Positions 17,033 through 26,214 of a stretch of DNA of 64,000 nucleotides are shown here, piece by piece. The notes below the pieces were generated by a model that was not told the origin of the DNA, searched no databases, and worked only from the letters and a program-made list of their open reading frames with translations. The stretch is from assembly GCA_963758385.1 (NCBI GenBank), contig CAVWVA010000002.1, positions 659,393-723,392 of the forward strand. The letters are read 5' to 3'. The position numbers and the translations under genes are program-made. Position 1 is the stretch's first letter. Each line of letters starts with the position of its first letter. This DNA is from an uncultured Acidobacteriaceae bacterium (GTDB lineage Bacteria; Acidobacteriota; Terriglobia; Terriglobales; Acidobacteriaceae).

Positions 17033-18805
17033 CTACTTTTCTTCCGGAGCAACGGCTGTGGGGTAGAGGCCTGACAGCGGCTTGCTTTTTTCATCCAGCA
17101 GCTCGGGATGAGGCAAGGGCTTGCGCGGGATCATCTGTTCGCGCATGGCAGCGTTGTAAACGAAGATAGCTTCCACGGTGGCGATCTGCCTCAGGTCCGC
17201 GGGCTGCAATCGCTCATAGGTGTCCATGTTGGAATGGTGAGTACGGGTATCGTAATCCATCGGATCCTGGATGAACTGGAAGCCAGGGATGCCGACAGCA
17301 TCAAACGAAAGGTGGTCGGTGCCATCGGTATCCCGGTTGCTTATGGTGGTCACGCCCAGGTCCTTCAACGGGGTCATCCACTGCCCGAAAACGCTATCAA
17401 CCGCGGCATTACCCTGGGTATATATGCCGCGAATTCTTCCCGTTCCGTTATCCACATTGAAATAGGCGGAGACAAGCCTTTGCTCAGGTTTCGGGATGAG
17501 TGGCCCCACTGGCTTGCGGAGAAATTCAGGCAAATTCAATTGGTCCGCGGCATTGGAAGTTGGAAAGGCACCGAAATGTTCTGCCGCATATCCCTTGCTG
17601 CCCAGAAGGCCCTGCTCCTCGCCTGACCACAGAGCGATCCGGATGGTCCGCCGCGGCTTGACTTTAAGCGCATTCAGGATGCGCATCACTTCCAGGGCTA
17701 CCACTGAGCCGGCCCCGTTATCCGTAGCGCCAGTACCTGCGATCCAGCTATCGAGGTGGCCGCCCACCATTACTACCTCGTCCTTCAGCCTGGGATCAGT
17801 GCCAGGTATTTCGGCGACCGTATCAAACCCATGTTCGTGGTCCCCGCTGAACCTGGTTTCAACGTCCATCTCAATCGAAACAGGCACGTGGTTTTCGAGC
17901 AATCGAAACACCCGGCCATAATTCTCAATTTGCGTCACCACCACGGGGAACGGGATCGCGGTGTCTCTATGATAGGGAGTGGCGCCAAGCACAGCGCTTC
18001 GGTCGTCGAAGAGAATCCCTGTGCCTCCACCGTTCTCGCCATCGCGACTGGGAACGATCACGCCCGCGATGTTCTCTCCACTCAGGAAGGGCAGGATCAT
18101 GTCGTTAAGTTTCCGGCTTTTCAAATACCTGTCGATGCGCGCCTGTCTCACTGGGTCGCCGCCCTGGGGCGGAAGCTGTTCCAGGTCCTTGAGTTGCTTG
18201 TCGGTGTAGCGGGTAAAGAAGGGTTGGTCAGGCACCGGTACATCACGCATAGCGCCGAGCAAGACAATCTTGCCGGCGAGTTTGCCCTTGTACCTGGCAA
18301 TGTCGCTCGCGTCGTTGATGACCACGGAGACGGCCTGCGCCGTTACTGGCCCTTTGGTAGAAGGCGACCATGGACCGGCCTGGGCGACAAAGACCGCTGT
18401 GTCCGGCTCTGTCATGCGGACCCAGGTGTTGACCTGCTGCCAGCCCATGCCGAACTCTCCCCAATCTTCCAGGTGCACGTTGACGCAGCCCATCCTGGTA
18501 AGTTGGTCGCGGGTCCATGCGTTGGCTTTTGCCATGTTGGGCGAACCTGTCAGCCGAGGGCCAATTCCATCGGTCAGGCCTCCGGCGTAGTCCATTACAT
18601 GTGAGTGTTTCAAGCCTTCTTCACGAATTGTGTTGTACGCGTTAAGGTCGATCGGCTCGCTAGCGGGCTGTTGTAGCTGCGAGTCGTTCCAGCCGGGCGG
18701 TTGCTGCGCGGTTGCTTTGCCGGGTTTCTCGTCGGATGCCCTACAGAGAACTGCAGCACTGGCGAACATTAAGGACGCGAGGATCAGGCCGCGCTCCAGA
18801 ACCAT
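17033..18805 (-). CDS. M28 family metallopeptidase (aminopeptidase) with PA domain, secreted
   Basis: 590 aa with a signal peptide. The zinc-ligand region is VMVGGHLDSWIAGTGATDNGAGSVVALEVMRIL...LWSGEEQGLLGS...DHLSF. Confidence 0.85.
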   Translation of the reverse strand: MVLERGLILASLMFASAAVLCRASDEKPGKATAQQPPGWNDSQLQQPASEPIDLNAYNTIREEGLKHSHVMDYAGGLTDGIGPRLTGSPNMAKANAWTRDQLTRMGCVNVHLEDWGEFGMGWQQVNTWVRMTEPDTAVFVAQAGPWSPSTKGPVTAQAVSVVINDASDIARYKGKLAGKIVLLGAMRDVPVPDQPFFTRYTDKQLKDLEQLPPQGGDPVRQARIDRYLKSRKLNDMILPFLSGENIAGVIVPSRDGENGGGTGILFDDRSAVLGATPYHRDTAIPFPVVVTQIENYGRVFRLLENHVPVSIEMDVETRFSGDHEHGFDTVAEIPGTDPRLKDEVVMVGGHLDSWIAGTGATDNGAGSVVALEVMRILNALKVKPRRTIRIALWSGEEQGLLGSKGYAAEHFGAFPTSNAADQLNLPEFLRKPVGPLIPKPEQRLVSAYFNVDNGTGRIRGIYTQGNAAVDSVFGQWMTPLKDLGVTTISNRDTDGTDHLSFDAVGIPGFQFIQDPMDYDTRTHHSNMDTYERLQPADLRQIATVEAIFVYNAAMREQMIPRKPLPHPELLDEKSKPLSGLYPTAVAPEEK

Positions 18806-18944
18806 GAAGATTGTCTCCTTGAAGAGTCACTGCAGCCTGTTACCGAGGCAAGCTTAGCGGAGCTGCAAGGTCGCGCCTGCGGAGCCAACTCTAGAAAGCA
18901 CGCCGCAAACAATTTGTATACACTGATAATTAATTCCATTCCAC

Positions 18945-18962
18945 CTTCAATTGCAAATGAAG
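18945..18962. promoter_or_regulatory. 18-bp near-perfect palindrome CTTCAATTG|CAAATGAAG, 23 nt upstream of the DeoR-family gene; candidate operator
   Basis: 8 of 9 positions are self-complementary. It sits in an AT-rich stretch that also contains TGTATACA and AATTAATT palindromes. Confidence 0.3.
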
Positions 18963-18985
18963 GCAAGAGGCCGCGAGCAGTGCGC

Positions 18986-19816
18986 ATGGCTCCGAAACAA
19001 CCTCAGGTTATTTCTCCTGCAAGCGACTCGCCTGACCCGATGCAAATCGATGGCCTCATGGCGGAAGAGCGCCGGACCCAGATCCTAATGATCTTGCGTG
19101 CCAACGGGCGGGTGAAGGTCGACGAGCTGAAACGCCGGTTCCGGACTTCGGCAGTGACCATCCGCAACGATTTGAACGCACTGGACCAGAAAGGGCTGGT
19201 GCAGCGCTCGCATGGCGGTGCAGTCAGTCCAGATACCATTCTTCGCGAGTCGCCGGTATATGAGCGTCTACGAGCTCAGGCCGATGAAAAACGCCGGATT
19301 GGAGCAATGGCGGCAACCTTCATCAACGATGGCGAAACCATTATTCTTGATTCGGGCACCACCACCCTCGAGATCGCCCGCCAGATCAAGAATAAGCAGG
19401 GCCTGCAGGTTCTCACCAACGGCGTAAACGTCGCGGCTGAGTTATTGGATGCTCGCGGTATTCAGACTTTTATTGCCGGAGGCACGGTCCGTGGAGATTC
19501 GGCTTCTATCGTAGGACGGTCGACAGAAGAGATGTTCGATCAATTCGCCGCGGATAAGGTATTTCTAAGCGCCGCAGGGTGCGATCCGGATTTTGGAGTA
19601 AGCGGAGCAAACATCGAAGAAACCATGGTGAATCGGGCCATGCTGCGAATTGCTCGCGAAGTTATTCTGGTTTCAGATGCGACCAAGTTCTCCAAGCGCA
19701 GTATGTCGCGTATCGCAGCCTTCAGTGAGATTGACACCGTGATAAGCGACAGCAGCCTGCAGCCGGAACTTCAGGAGAAGGTCCGGTCTTACGGTTGCAA
19801 GCTCATTCTCGTGTAA
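18986..19816 (+). CDS. DeoR/GlpR family transcriptional regulator
   Basis: The HTH region is RRTQILMILRANGRVKVDELKRRFRTSAVTIRNDLNALDQKGLVQRSHGGAV, followed by a DeoR C-terminal sensor domain (IILDSGTTTLEIAR...). Start set at ATG 18986, in frame within track ORF 18914..19816. Confidence 0.85.
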   Translation: MAPKQPQVISPASDSPDPMQIDGLMAEERRTQILMILRANGRVKVDELKRRFRTSAVTIRNDLNALDQKGLVQRSHGGAVSPDTILRESPVYERLRAQADEKRRIGAMAATFINDGETIILDSGTTTLEIARQIKNKQGLQVLTNGVNVAAELLDARGIQTFIAGGTVRGDSASIVGRSTEEMFDQFAADKVFLSAAGCDPDFGVSGANIEETMVNRAMLRIAREVILVSDATKFSKRSMSRIAAFSEIDTVISDSSLQPELQEKVRSYGCKLILV

Positions 19817-19820
19817 CAGG

Positions 19821-20927
19821 CTAAAGCAGCGACGAATGGATTCGAACGCCTTGCACCACCCGGTTGATGATGCCTGTCGGGCTTGGATTGTCGGGATTCA
19901 AGCCAATGCGCAAGCCTAGATGATATCCCAGTAACTGGGGCGATAAGATCTCGTACGGCGTTCGCAGAGAGTCGTCCAGCTGGGGAGTAATCGCCGGTAT
20001 CACCTCATCGCCCAATTGGCGATCCTTCTCCTTATCGCCGATGACAACTACATACCCAAGCTTCTTGGCGCGCAGCTCGCCGATCAGATCCTCCTCATAC
20101 ATCCTGCGCACCGGATCATTCGAGAGCAGGCACAGTATCAGGGTGTCTGGCCGTACGAAAGACATCGGACCATGCCGCAATGCCAGGTATGTCTCTGCAA
20201 CCACAGGAAAGCGGCCGGCGGTCATTTCGAGGGCCTTCAACGCGGCCTCTTGCCCCCAACCAACTGCGGGAGAAGAAGACAGCATAAGAATTCGATCCTG
20301 TCCGCGCACGGCGAGCCTTTGGCATTGCTCATCGATCTCCGGTAGCAACTCTTCCGCACGAAGGCTCGCTTCTTCGACCGAGGCTGCTGTCAGCGAAGGA
20401 TTGACCAGGCAAAGCCCGGCGAGCACGAGGTTAGAGAATGAGCTCGTCATTACCAGGCTGCGGTCGTTGGTCCGGGGATCGAGCGTAATGACGCTGTCCA
20501 GGCTGCCCCGCGCCAGAGCACTGTCATCGTTGCATATAATTGCCAGCTGGTAAGTGAGGGGATGGAGCGAGCGAATACTTTCGACAACCGCTGCGCTCTC
20601 AGGGCTATCCCCGGATCGCGCCAGCGAAATCACCGCGTCCACGCCGAAAGAATGATGTTCCGCGTCAACCAGCAGATCCGTCGTGGGAATTGCGATCGCT
20701 TGCGGCCATGCAGCCGCGACCGAGGCAGCTGCGTAGGCTGACGTTCCCGCTCCCGTGAGCAGCACCCGCTTTCCCCGCAGTTGCGAGCTAAGGTTGAATT
20801 GCAGCGAGGCCTCCGACACCAGCGGTGGCGTGGTCCTCCAGAGAGCGGGCTGCCCCCAGATCTCAGATTTCGTTAATGGTTCGTCTTGCGAGACGCTCTG
20901 CACTCCGGCGTCGTGATTGGACACCAT
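19821..20927 (-). CDS. double-SIS-domain sugar-phosphate isomerase/deaminase (AgaS/FrlB/GlmS-C-like)
   Basis: 368 aa. SIS motifs are LLTGAGTSAYAA, ISLARSGDSPES and a second SIS half, ILMLSSSP... Confidence 0.8.
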   Translation of the reverse strand: MVSNHDAGVQSVSQDEPLTKSEIWGQPALWRTTPPLVSEASLQFNLSSQLRGKRVLLTGAGTSAYAAASVAAAWPQAIAIPTTDLLVDAEHHSFGVDAVISLARSGDSPESAAVVESIRSLHPLTYQLAIICNDDSALARGSLDSVITLDPRTNDRSLVMTSSFSNLVLAGLCLVNPSLTAASVEEASLRAEELLPEIDEQCQRLAVRGQDRILMLSSSPAVGWGQEAALKALEMTAGRFPVVAETYLALRHGPMSFVRPDTLILCLLSNDPVRRMYEEDLIGELRAKKLGYVVVIGDKEKDRQLGDEVIPAITPQLDDSLRTPYEILSPQLLGYHLGLRIGLNPDNPSPTGIINRVVQGVRIHSSLL

Positions 20928-21169
20928 GATTAAGTTCCGATCTCTTTCTTTTCTTCCGACCCTTTGGCAGCAGTCACCGCGCTAACCAGCCGCGCAGCAT
21001 TCAATGAACCATCTTCGATATAATAAGAAAATAAACGAAATACTTCAACAGTTAGAACAAGGAACCCAAAGGGGAGGACCTACCCCGGGCGGGCCCCTGT
21101 GGGACGAGGCGTTCGATACTCTGCAAGGACCGTTGCATTTCCAGAAAGATGCGGAGAGACGTGGGAAAG

Positions 21170-22120
21170 ATGGGAACAAAGACGGAAGTGGCCATCGTCG
21201 GGGAACTCAACCTGGACTTTATCCTGGAGGGCTTGCCCCGGGATCTGCCAGAGGAGAGGGAACTCCTCGCGAGTAATTTCACTATGACGCTGGGCAGCTC
21301 GGCGGCGATCATGGCCCACAATCTTGCGCTGCTTGGAACCGGCGTCAGTTTTAGCTCCCGCATAGGCCCCGATCCGCTGGGCAAACTTTGCTGCCAATGG
21401 CTGCAGGAAGCGGGCGTCGACATCGCGCAAGTTCGTTGCGTCGCCGACGGTAGCAGCACAGGGGTGACCTTTATCCTGCCTTTGACCGCCACCAGGCGAA
21501 TCCTTACTTATCCTGGAGCCATGGCAGAGATGGGGATGGGAGATCTCAATACGGAGTACCTGGCGACCGCAAAACACTTCCACTTATCGTCATTTTTCCT
21601 TCATCGGGCGCTCACTCCTCAAATTCCGGCTCTCTTCTCCCTGATGAAGCAACGCGGCCTCACCACTTCGCTGGATACCAATGACGACCCGCAAGACGAG
21701 TGGGATAGCGGACTGGCCGCGGTGTTTCCTCACCTGGACATCCTTTTTTGCAATGAACGCGAGATTCTGAAAATCGCTGGAGTAGACAGCCCAGACGAAG
21801 CGGCGCAACGCATTTCTGCTGTGGTACCCATCCTCGTCGTGAAGCGCGGGCCTCGCGGAGCTTCGCTGTTTGTACGCGGTCAGCGCATGGATGCGCCGCC
21901 AATCGCTGTTCGGGTTCAGGATACCGTTGGCGCCGGCGACACCTTTGATGCCGGGTTTCTAAGTCAGTGGCTTCGGGATGCTCCCTTAGAGCAGTGCGTC
22001 GCCTTTGGTAATGTGGCGGCCGCGTTGTCGACGACACGCGCAGGAGGCATCGCCGCTTTTAAGGATTCCGCTTATCGCGACGCGTTTTTGACTGAACACT
22101 GGCCGCAGTCCCGCAAGTAG
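21170..22120 (+). CDS. PfkB-family carbohydrate kinase
   Basis: The N-terminal reads VAIVGELNLDFIL and the C-terminal PfkB signature is DTVGAGDTFDAGFLSQWL. Start set at ATG 21170 (MGTKTEV). Confidence 0.8.
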   Translation: MGTKTEVAIVGELNLDFILEGLPRDLPEERELLASNFTMTLGSSAAIMAHNLALLGTGVSFSSRIGPDPLGKLCCQWLQEAGVDIAQVRCVADGSSTGVTFILPLTATRRILTYPGAMAEMGMGDLNTEYLATAKHFHLSSFFLHRALTPQIPALFSLMKQRGLTTSLDTNDDPQDEWDSGLAAVFPHLDILFCNEREILKIAGVDSPDEAAQRISAVVPILVVKRGPRGASLFVRGQRMDAPPIAVRVQDTVGAGDTFDAGFLSQWLRDAPLEQCVAFGNVAAALSTTRAGGIAAFKDSAYRDAFLTEHWPQSRK

Positions 22121-22252
22121 GGCGATTTCGATCTGGTTAACCCAAGCGCATTGCTCGTGCCCAGGATCGTTTGGGGAACGCGGTGAATCACGATCTCTTG
22201 CGCCTTAGCCCCTGCGGCTGCAATCATGACTGGGATTCGAAAGGTTTCCGCC

Positions 22253-23200
22253 ATGCGCAAGCGCCCGCTGATTTTCATGACCATGTTTGCAGTTTCGATT
22301 GGTCTATTCGCACAAACTCCCGCGTGGCCGCCGAGTCCCGATCATCTGACCATCCCTCTGTGGCCCAGTGGCGCTCCCGGAGAGCAGCCGAATCCGAAGC
22401 CCGAAGGTGATCTCACCACTGCCAAAGACCGCGACGTTGGCGGTAAGCCAGTGATTCGTATCGGTAATGTTTCCAATCCCACGCTCACGCTTTATACGCC
22501 TAAAGGTGCGAACACGGGGGCCGCCGTGGTGGTCTTTCCCGGAGGTGGTTACTATATTCTCGCCATTGATCTCGAAGGATCCGAAGTATGTGACTGGGTG
22601 AATTCGATAGGGATAAGCTGCATCCTGGTCAAATACCGTGTCCCCAAGTCCGGCCCCTTTCCCAAGTCTTCGGCCGCCCTCCAGGATGCTCAGCGCGCTG
22701 TCGGCATGGTGCGTTCTCATGCCGAGGAGTGGCACATCGATCCCCATCGTATCGGGGTGCTGGGATTTTCTGCCGGAGGCCACCTGGCCGCTTCCCTGAG
22801 CACTCACTATGACCAGAGACTTTACGATCCGATCGACAGTGCCGACAAACTCAGCTGCCGTCCAGACTTTGCAGTAATCGTTTATCCAGGCTATCTTGCA
22901 CTGGAAAATCAGAATTACGCGCCTAATCCGGACATTCATCCAACCGCACAAACTCCGCCGACATTCCTTGTGCAGGCTGAAGACGACGAGGTCCATGTGG
23001 AAAATGCTGTCGTCTATTTCCTCGCTTTGAAAAATGCCCATGTACCGGCCGAGCTACACATCTACGCCGAGGGTGGACACGGCTACGGCCTGCGCCGCAC
23101 GGCACTCCCGGTGACAACGTGGCCCCAGACCGCAGAGATTTGGCTGCATACCATTCACGTGTTGTCCGATTCCGCTAGCCCTTCCGACCCGGGAAAATGA
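22253..23200 (+). CDS. secreted alpha/beta-hydrolase (esterase/lipase, BD-FAE / carbohydrate-esterase-like)
   Basis: Signal peptide MRKRPLIFMTMFAVSIGLFAQ, oxyanion region VVVFPGGGY, nucleophile elbow GFSAGGHLA, then DDEV...GGHGYG. Confidence 0.75.
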   Translation: MRKRPLIFMTMFAVSIGLFAQTPAWPPSPDHLTIPLWPSGAPGEQPNPKPEGDLTTAKDRDVGGKPVIRIGNVSNPTLTLYTPKGANTGAAVVVFPGGGYYILAIDLEGSEVCDWVNSIGISCILVKYRVPKSGPFPKSSAALQDAQRAVGMVRSHAEEWHIDPHRIGVLGFSAGGHLAASLSTHYDQRLYDPIDSADKLSCRPDFAVIVYPGYLALENQNYAPNPDIHPTAQTPPTFLVQAEDDEVHVENAVVYFLALKNAHVPAELHIYAEGGHGYGLRRTALPVTTWPQTAEIWLHTIHVLSDSASPSDPGK

Positions 23201-23350
23201 ACCGTAGACCATCTTGATAATGACGAAGGCTTGGAGTGTCCGGTGATGGACAGCGCTGCGGGTTTGTGGACAGTTCGTACCCTGGAGTGTTTTGTAAGTT
23301 GAAGAAAATGAGAGGGTGCGCTTGGCCGGCCACGTGCTCCATATTGGGCG

Positions 23351-23842
23351 ATGGTGGTGAAAATGTTGCGAAGAATTTTTGCCGTCGCGCTTTTTGCATA
23401 TTCGATTATCTTGCTTTACGGGAAGCAGCCACCTTCGATCGCGGTTCCCGCCGGAAGCGAACTGCTTCTCACGGCCACAGGAGACGGGTCCCAGGTCTAC
23501 ACCTGCACCGATGGGCACTGGACGCTCGAGGAGCCCGATGCCCGGCTACTCGATGAGCATGGGCAGGTCATCGGTACTCACTTTGCGGGCCCAACCTGGC
23601 GGCTCCAGGACGGAAGCGAAGTAAAGGGTAAGGCCATGGCGAATCAACCCTCCCCCGAAGAGTCCTCCGTGCCCTGGCTGCTGCTGCAGGCCGTTGCGGG
23701 AAGCGGCAGCGGCAAGCTGGCGAAGGTGCTTTACATCCAGCGGACTGAGACCCATGGCGGCTCTGCTCCCGTGGATACGTGTGCAGGTGGTGAGAAGCGA
23801 GTGCCCTACACGGCTAAGTACAGCTTCTACACTGCCAAGTGA
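23351..23842 (+). CDS. DUF3455-like secreted protein
   Basis: 163 aa with an N-terminal hydrophobic segment. It contains GDGSQVYTC, THFAGPTWRLQDGS and WLLLQ...YIQRTETHGG, which I recognise as the DUF3455 pattern. Confidence 0.55.
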   Translation: MVVKMLRRIFAVALFAYSIILLYGKQPPSIAVPAGSELLLTATGDGSQVYTCTDGHWTLEEPDARLLDEHGQVIGTHFAGPTWRLQDGSEVKGKAMANQPSPEESSVPWLLLQAVAGSGSGKLAKVLYIQRTETHGGSAPVDTCAGGEKRVPYTAKYSFYTAK

Positions 23843-23863
23843 ACGAACGCACTGCTGCGCCCG

Positions 23864-24652
23864 ATGGGAAAGGGAGAACAAGTGGCAAACATTCATCCCA
23901 CCGCGGCCGAGGGCTTTGCCGCCGGGGCGGCCGATTATGTCGCCGGCCGGCCTGAATATCCGGCTGAAATCGTGGAATGGCTCGTCCACGATCTTGGCCT
24001 GGGCATGGGCAAAACAGCGCTAGATCTTGCCGCGGGCACGGGGAAGTTTTCTCGCAGCCTTCTGACAACGGGGGCGAGGGTGATTGCTGTCGAGCCAGTA
24101 CCGGCAATGCTGGCGCAGTTGATCCGCCAGTATCCCGAAGTGGAAGCCTGGAGTGGTTCTGCCGAAGCCATACCGCTGGGGGACGCATCGGTGGACGCGG
24201 TGGTTTGCGCCCAGGCATTCCACTGGTTCGCGACGCCGGAAGCGCTCCACGAAATCCGTCGAGTCTTAAAGCCGGGTGGCGCCTTCGGTCTCGTCTGGAA
24301 CGTGCGCGACGATAGCGTGAAATGGGTCGCAGCGTTGACCCAGATCATGAAGCCTTTCGAGGGCGATGCTCCCCGATTCCACTCCGGGGAATGGAGAAAT
24401 TTATTTCCTGCGGATGGGTTTGGCCCCCTCCGGGAAAAGCGCTTCCTGAACCTCCATACCGGTTCACCTGAACAGGTGATTATCGATCGAATTCTATCGG
24501 TGAGCTTCATGGCGGCCCTGCCCCCGGAAGAACGCCGGCGGGTGACAGCTGATATCAGGGAAGTGATCGCAACTTTTCCGGAACTCGCGGACAAAGCTCA
24601 AGTCACTTTTCCCTACGATACGTTTGCCTTTGTCTGCGCCAGGCTATCGTAG
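23864..24652 (+). CDS. class I SAM-dependent methyltransferase
   Basis: Motif I is ALDLAAGTGKFS and the post-I region is RVIAVEP. It also has VDAVVCAQAFHWF and VLKPGGAFGLVWN. Confidence 0.8.
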   Translation: MGKGEQVANIHPTAAEGFAAGAADYVAGRPEYPAEIVEWLVHDLGLGMGKTALDLAAGTGKFSRSLLTTGARVIAVEPVPAMLAQLIRQYPEVEAWSGSAEAIPLGDASVDAVVCAQAFHWFATPEALHEIRRVLKPGGAFGLVWNVRDDSVKWVAALTQIMKPFEGDAPRFHSGEWRNLFPADGFGPLREKRFLNLHTGSPEQVIIDRILSVSFMAALPPEERRRVTADIREVIATFPELADKAQVTFPYDTFAFVCARLS

Positions 24653-24724
24653 CCAGGCGTAACTTCCACGGTATACATCGGTAGCAGAAATGCTCTAAGC
24701 TTCTCCCCACGTTGGAGGGCAGCC

Positions 24725-25135
24725 ATGTCGGAGGCAAACAAACTTCTCTTAAGGCGCTGGTTCGAAGAAGTCTGGAATCACAAAAGCGAAGCAGCGATTG
24801 ACGAAATGTTCAACAAGCACGGAAAGTCCCACGGCTTTCCTGACCCGGACGCGGTCCTGGTGGGGCCCGAAGGTTTCAAGACCATCCATCGCAATTTTTG
24901 CGGAGCTTTTCCCGACCTTCATGTTGACATCGAAGACATTCTTGCCGAGGGGGACAGGGTCGCGGTTCGCTGGCGAGTCTCCATGACGCATGATGGCGAT
25001 CATCTCGGTTTTCCCGCTACCGGCAAGAAGGAGACACTAACCGGTTCTTCCTTCCTGATCGTCAAGGGAAACCAGGTCATGGAAGGCTGGAACTACATGG
25101 ACCTCCAGGCGATGATGCAAAGGCTCCAGGCCTGA
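24725..25135 (+). CDS. SnoaL-like / ester-cyclase family protein (NTF2 fold)
   Basis: 136 aa with LLRRWFEEVWNHKSEAAIDEMF..., DLHVDIEDILAEGDRVAVRW and GNQVMEGWNYMD. Confidence 0.7.
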   Translation: MSEANKLLLRRWFEEVWNHKSEAAIDEMFNKHGKSHGFPDPDAVLVGPEGFKTIHRNFCGAFPDLHVDIEDILAEGDRVAVRWRVSMTHDGDHLGFPATGKKETLTGSSFLIVKGNQVMEGWNYMDLQAMMQRLQA

Positions 25136-25177
25136 TTGATCTGCAGTTCGGTCCCCGAAAAAAATTATTTTCCCAAC

Positions 25178-25203
25178 TGTCGATTTCTTGCAACTTAAGC
25201 GTC
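25178..25203 (+). promoter_or_regulatory. candidate ECF-type promoter TGTCGA-N16-CGTC upstream of the first DGPF gene
   Basis: TGTCGA lies at 25178-25183 and CGTC at 25200-25203. AGGAGG (25212-25217) and ATG (25227) follow. This is the general ECF architecture (-35 hexamer, 16-nt spacer, CGTC-like -10). Confidence 0.4.
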
Positions 25204-25226
25204 GTACTCGCAGGAGGAAGAAAATC

Positions 25227-25562
25227 ATGCAATATCTAGTCCTGATCTACGAAGACGAGTCGCGTTTTTTCAACGGGTACCCTGAAGCTGAGTTTGCGGA
25301 GTACGGCGCATTCGGCAAGAAGAACGCAGCAGCCATCAAATCGGGGCAGGCACTGCAGCCTACGGGTACGGCCAAGACCGTTCGCATTCGCGACGGAAAG
25401 GTTGTCACTACCGACGGTCCATTCGCTGAAACGAAGGAACAGCTCGGCGGCTACTACCTGCTCGAAGCCGCCAGCATTGAAGAAGCTGCTTCTATTGCAT
25501 CGGGTATCCCGGCAGCGCGCTTCGGCTCCGTCGAAGTCCGGCCCATCATGATTTTTGGATAA
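25227..25562 (+). CDS. YciI-like / DGPF-domain protein
   Basis: MQYLVLIYEDES...TTDGPFAETKEQLGGYYLLEAASIEEA. Start set at ATG 25227, behind an AGGAGG. Confidence 0.8.
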   Translation: MQYLVLIYEDESRFFNGYPEAEFAEYGAFGKKNAAAIKSGQALQPTGTAKTVRIRDGKVVTTDGPFAETKEQLGGYYLLEAASIEEAASIASGIPAARFGSVEVRPIMIFG

Positions 25563-25570
25563 TTTCTGAA

Positions 25571-25595
25571 GCAACGCCGGTCCCCCCGGCGTTGC
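25571..25595 (+). terminator. GC-rich stem-loop (10-bp perfect stem, 5-nt loop) without a U-tract; possible intra-operon attenuator or processing site
   Basis: GCAACGCCGG-tcccc-CCGGCGTTGC lies 9 nt after the DGPF stop codon. Confidence 0.3.
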
Positions 25596-25631
25596 CAGAT
25601 GCAACCTTGCAGCCGGTTCCCAGGAGACACC

Positions 25632-26207
25632 GTGAACAATATTGGTTCCACAATCATTGCTGACACTGGACTCACGACAGAGCAGATCACCACCGCGTCG
25701 CGCCACCTTTCCGTTACGCGCGCATTTCTTATTGAATCGGTCAGCGGACTTTCGCCGGCTCAGTGGGACTTCAAACCCTTTCCTGATAGCTGGTCCATTG
25801 CCGAGAACGTGGAACATATCGTCCTGATTGAAACCGGCATCCATTCCATCATCGAAAGTCTAAGCCACGCTCCCGAGGTGGCGCCGGCAGCCAACCGAAG
25901 CGAGATGGACGACTTCATCCTGAACGAGATTCCAAAACGTTCGCGAAAAGGTAATTCCCCTGCGCACGCGCTACCGACGCATCGCTGGAGCGGGCCGGAG
26001 GGCTTGCAGCAATTCATGCAGGTTCGTGAGCGGGGCATGCGATTGCTGCTTACCCAGCGGCTTCGCACAAGTGTCTTTCCCCATCCTATCTTCGGGCCGT
26101 GGGATAGCTATCAATGGCTGTTAGCGGCTGCATCGCACGGCGCCCGGCACACCGCACAGATTTGCGAAGTCAAAACCGGCCCGGGTTTTCCGCAGAGGTT
26201 ACACTGA
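25632..26207 (+). CDS. DinB_2-type DinB-fold protein
   Basis: The His-containing helices are SIAENVEHIVLIE and AASHGARHTAQI. Start set at GTG 25632, 5 nt after AGGAGA; the track ORF begins at 25599. Confidence 0.7.
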   Translation: MNNIGSTIIADTGLTTEQITTASRHLSVTRAFLIESVSGLSPAQWDFKPFPDSWSIAENVEHIVLIETGIHSIIESLSHAPEVAPAANRSEMDDFILNEIPKRSRKGNSPAHALPTHRWSGPEGLQQFMQVRERGMRLLLTQRLRTSVFPHPIFGPWDSYQWLLAAASHGARHTAQICEVKTGPGFPQRLH

Positions 26208-26214
26208 GGATCCC

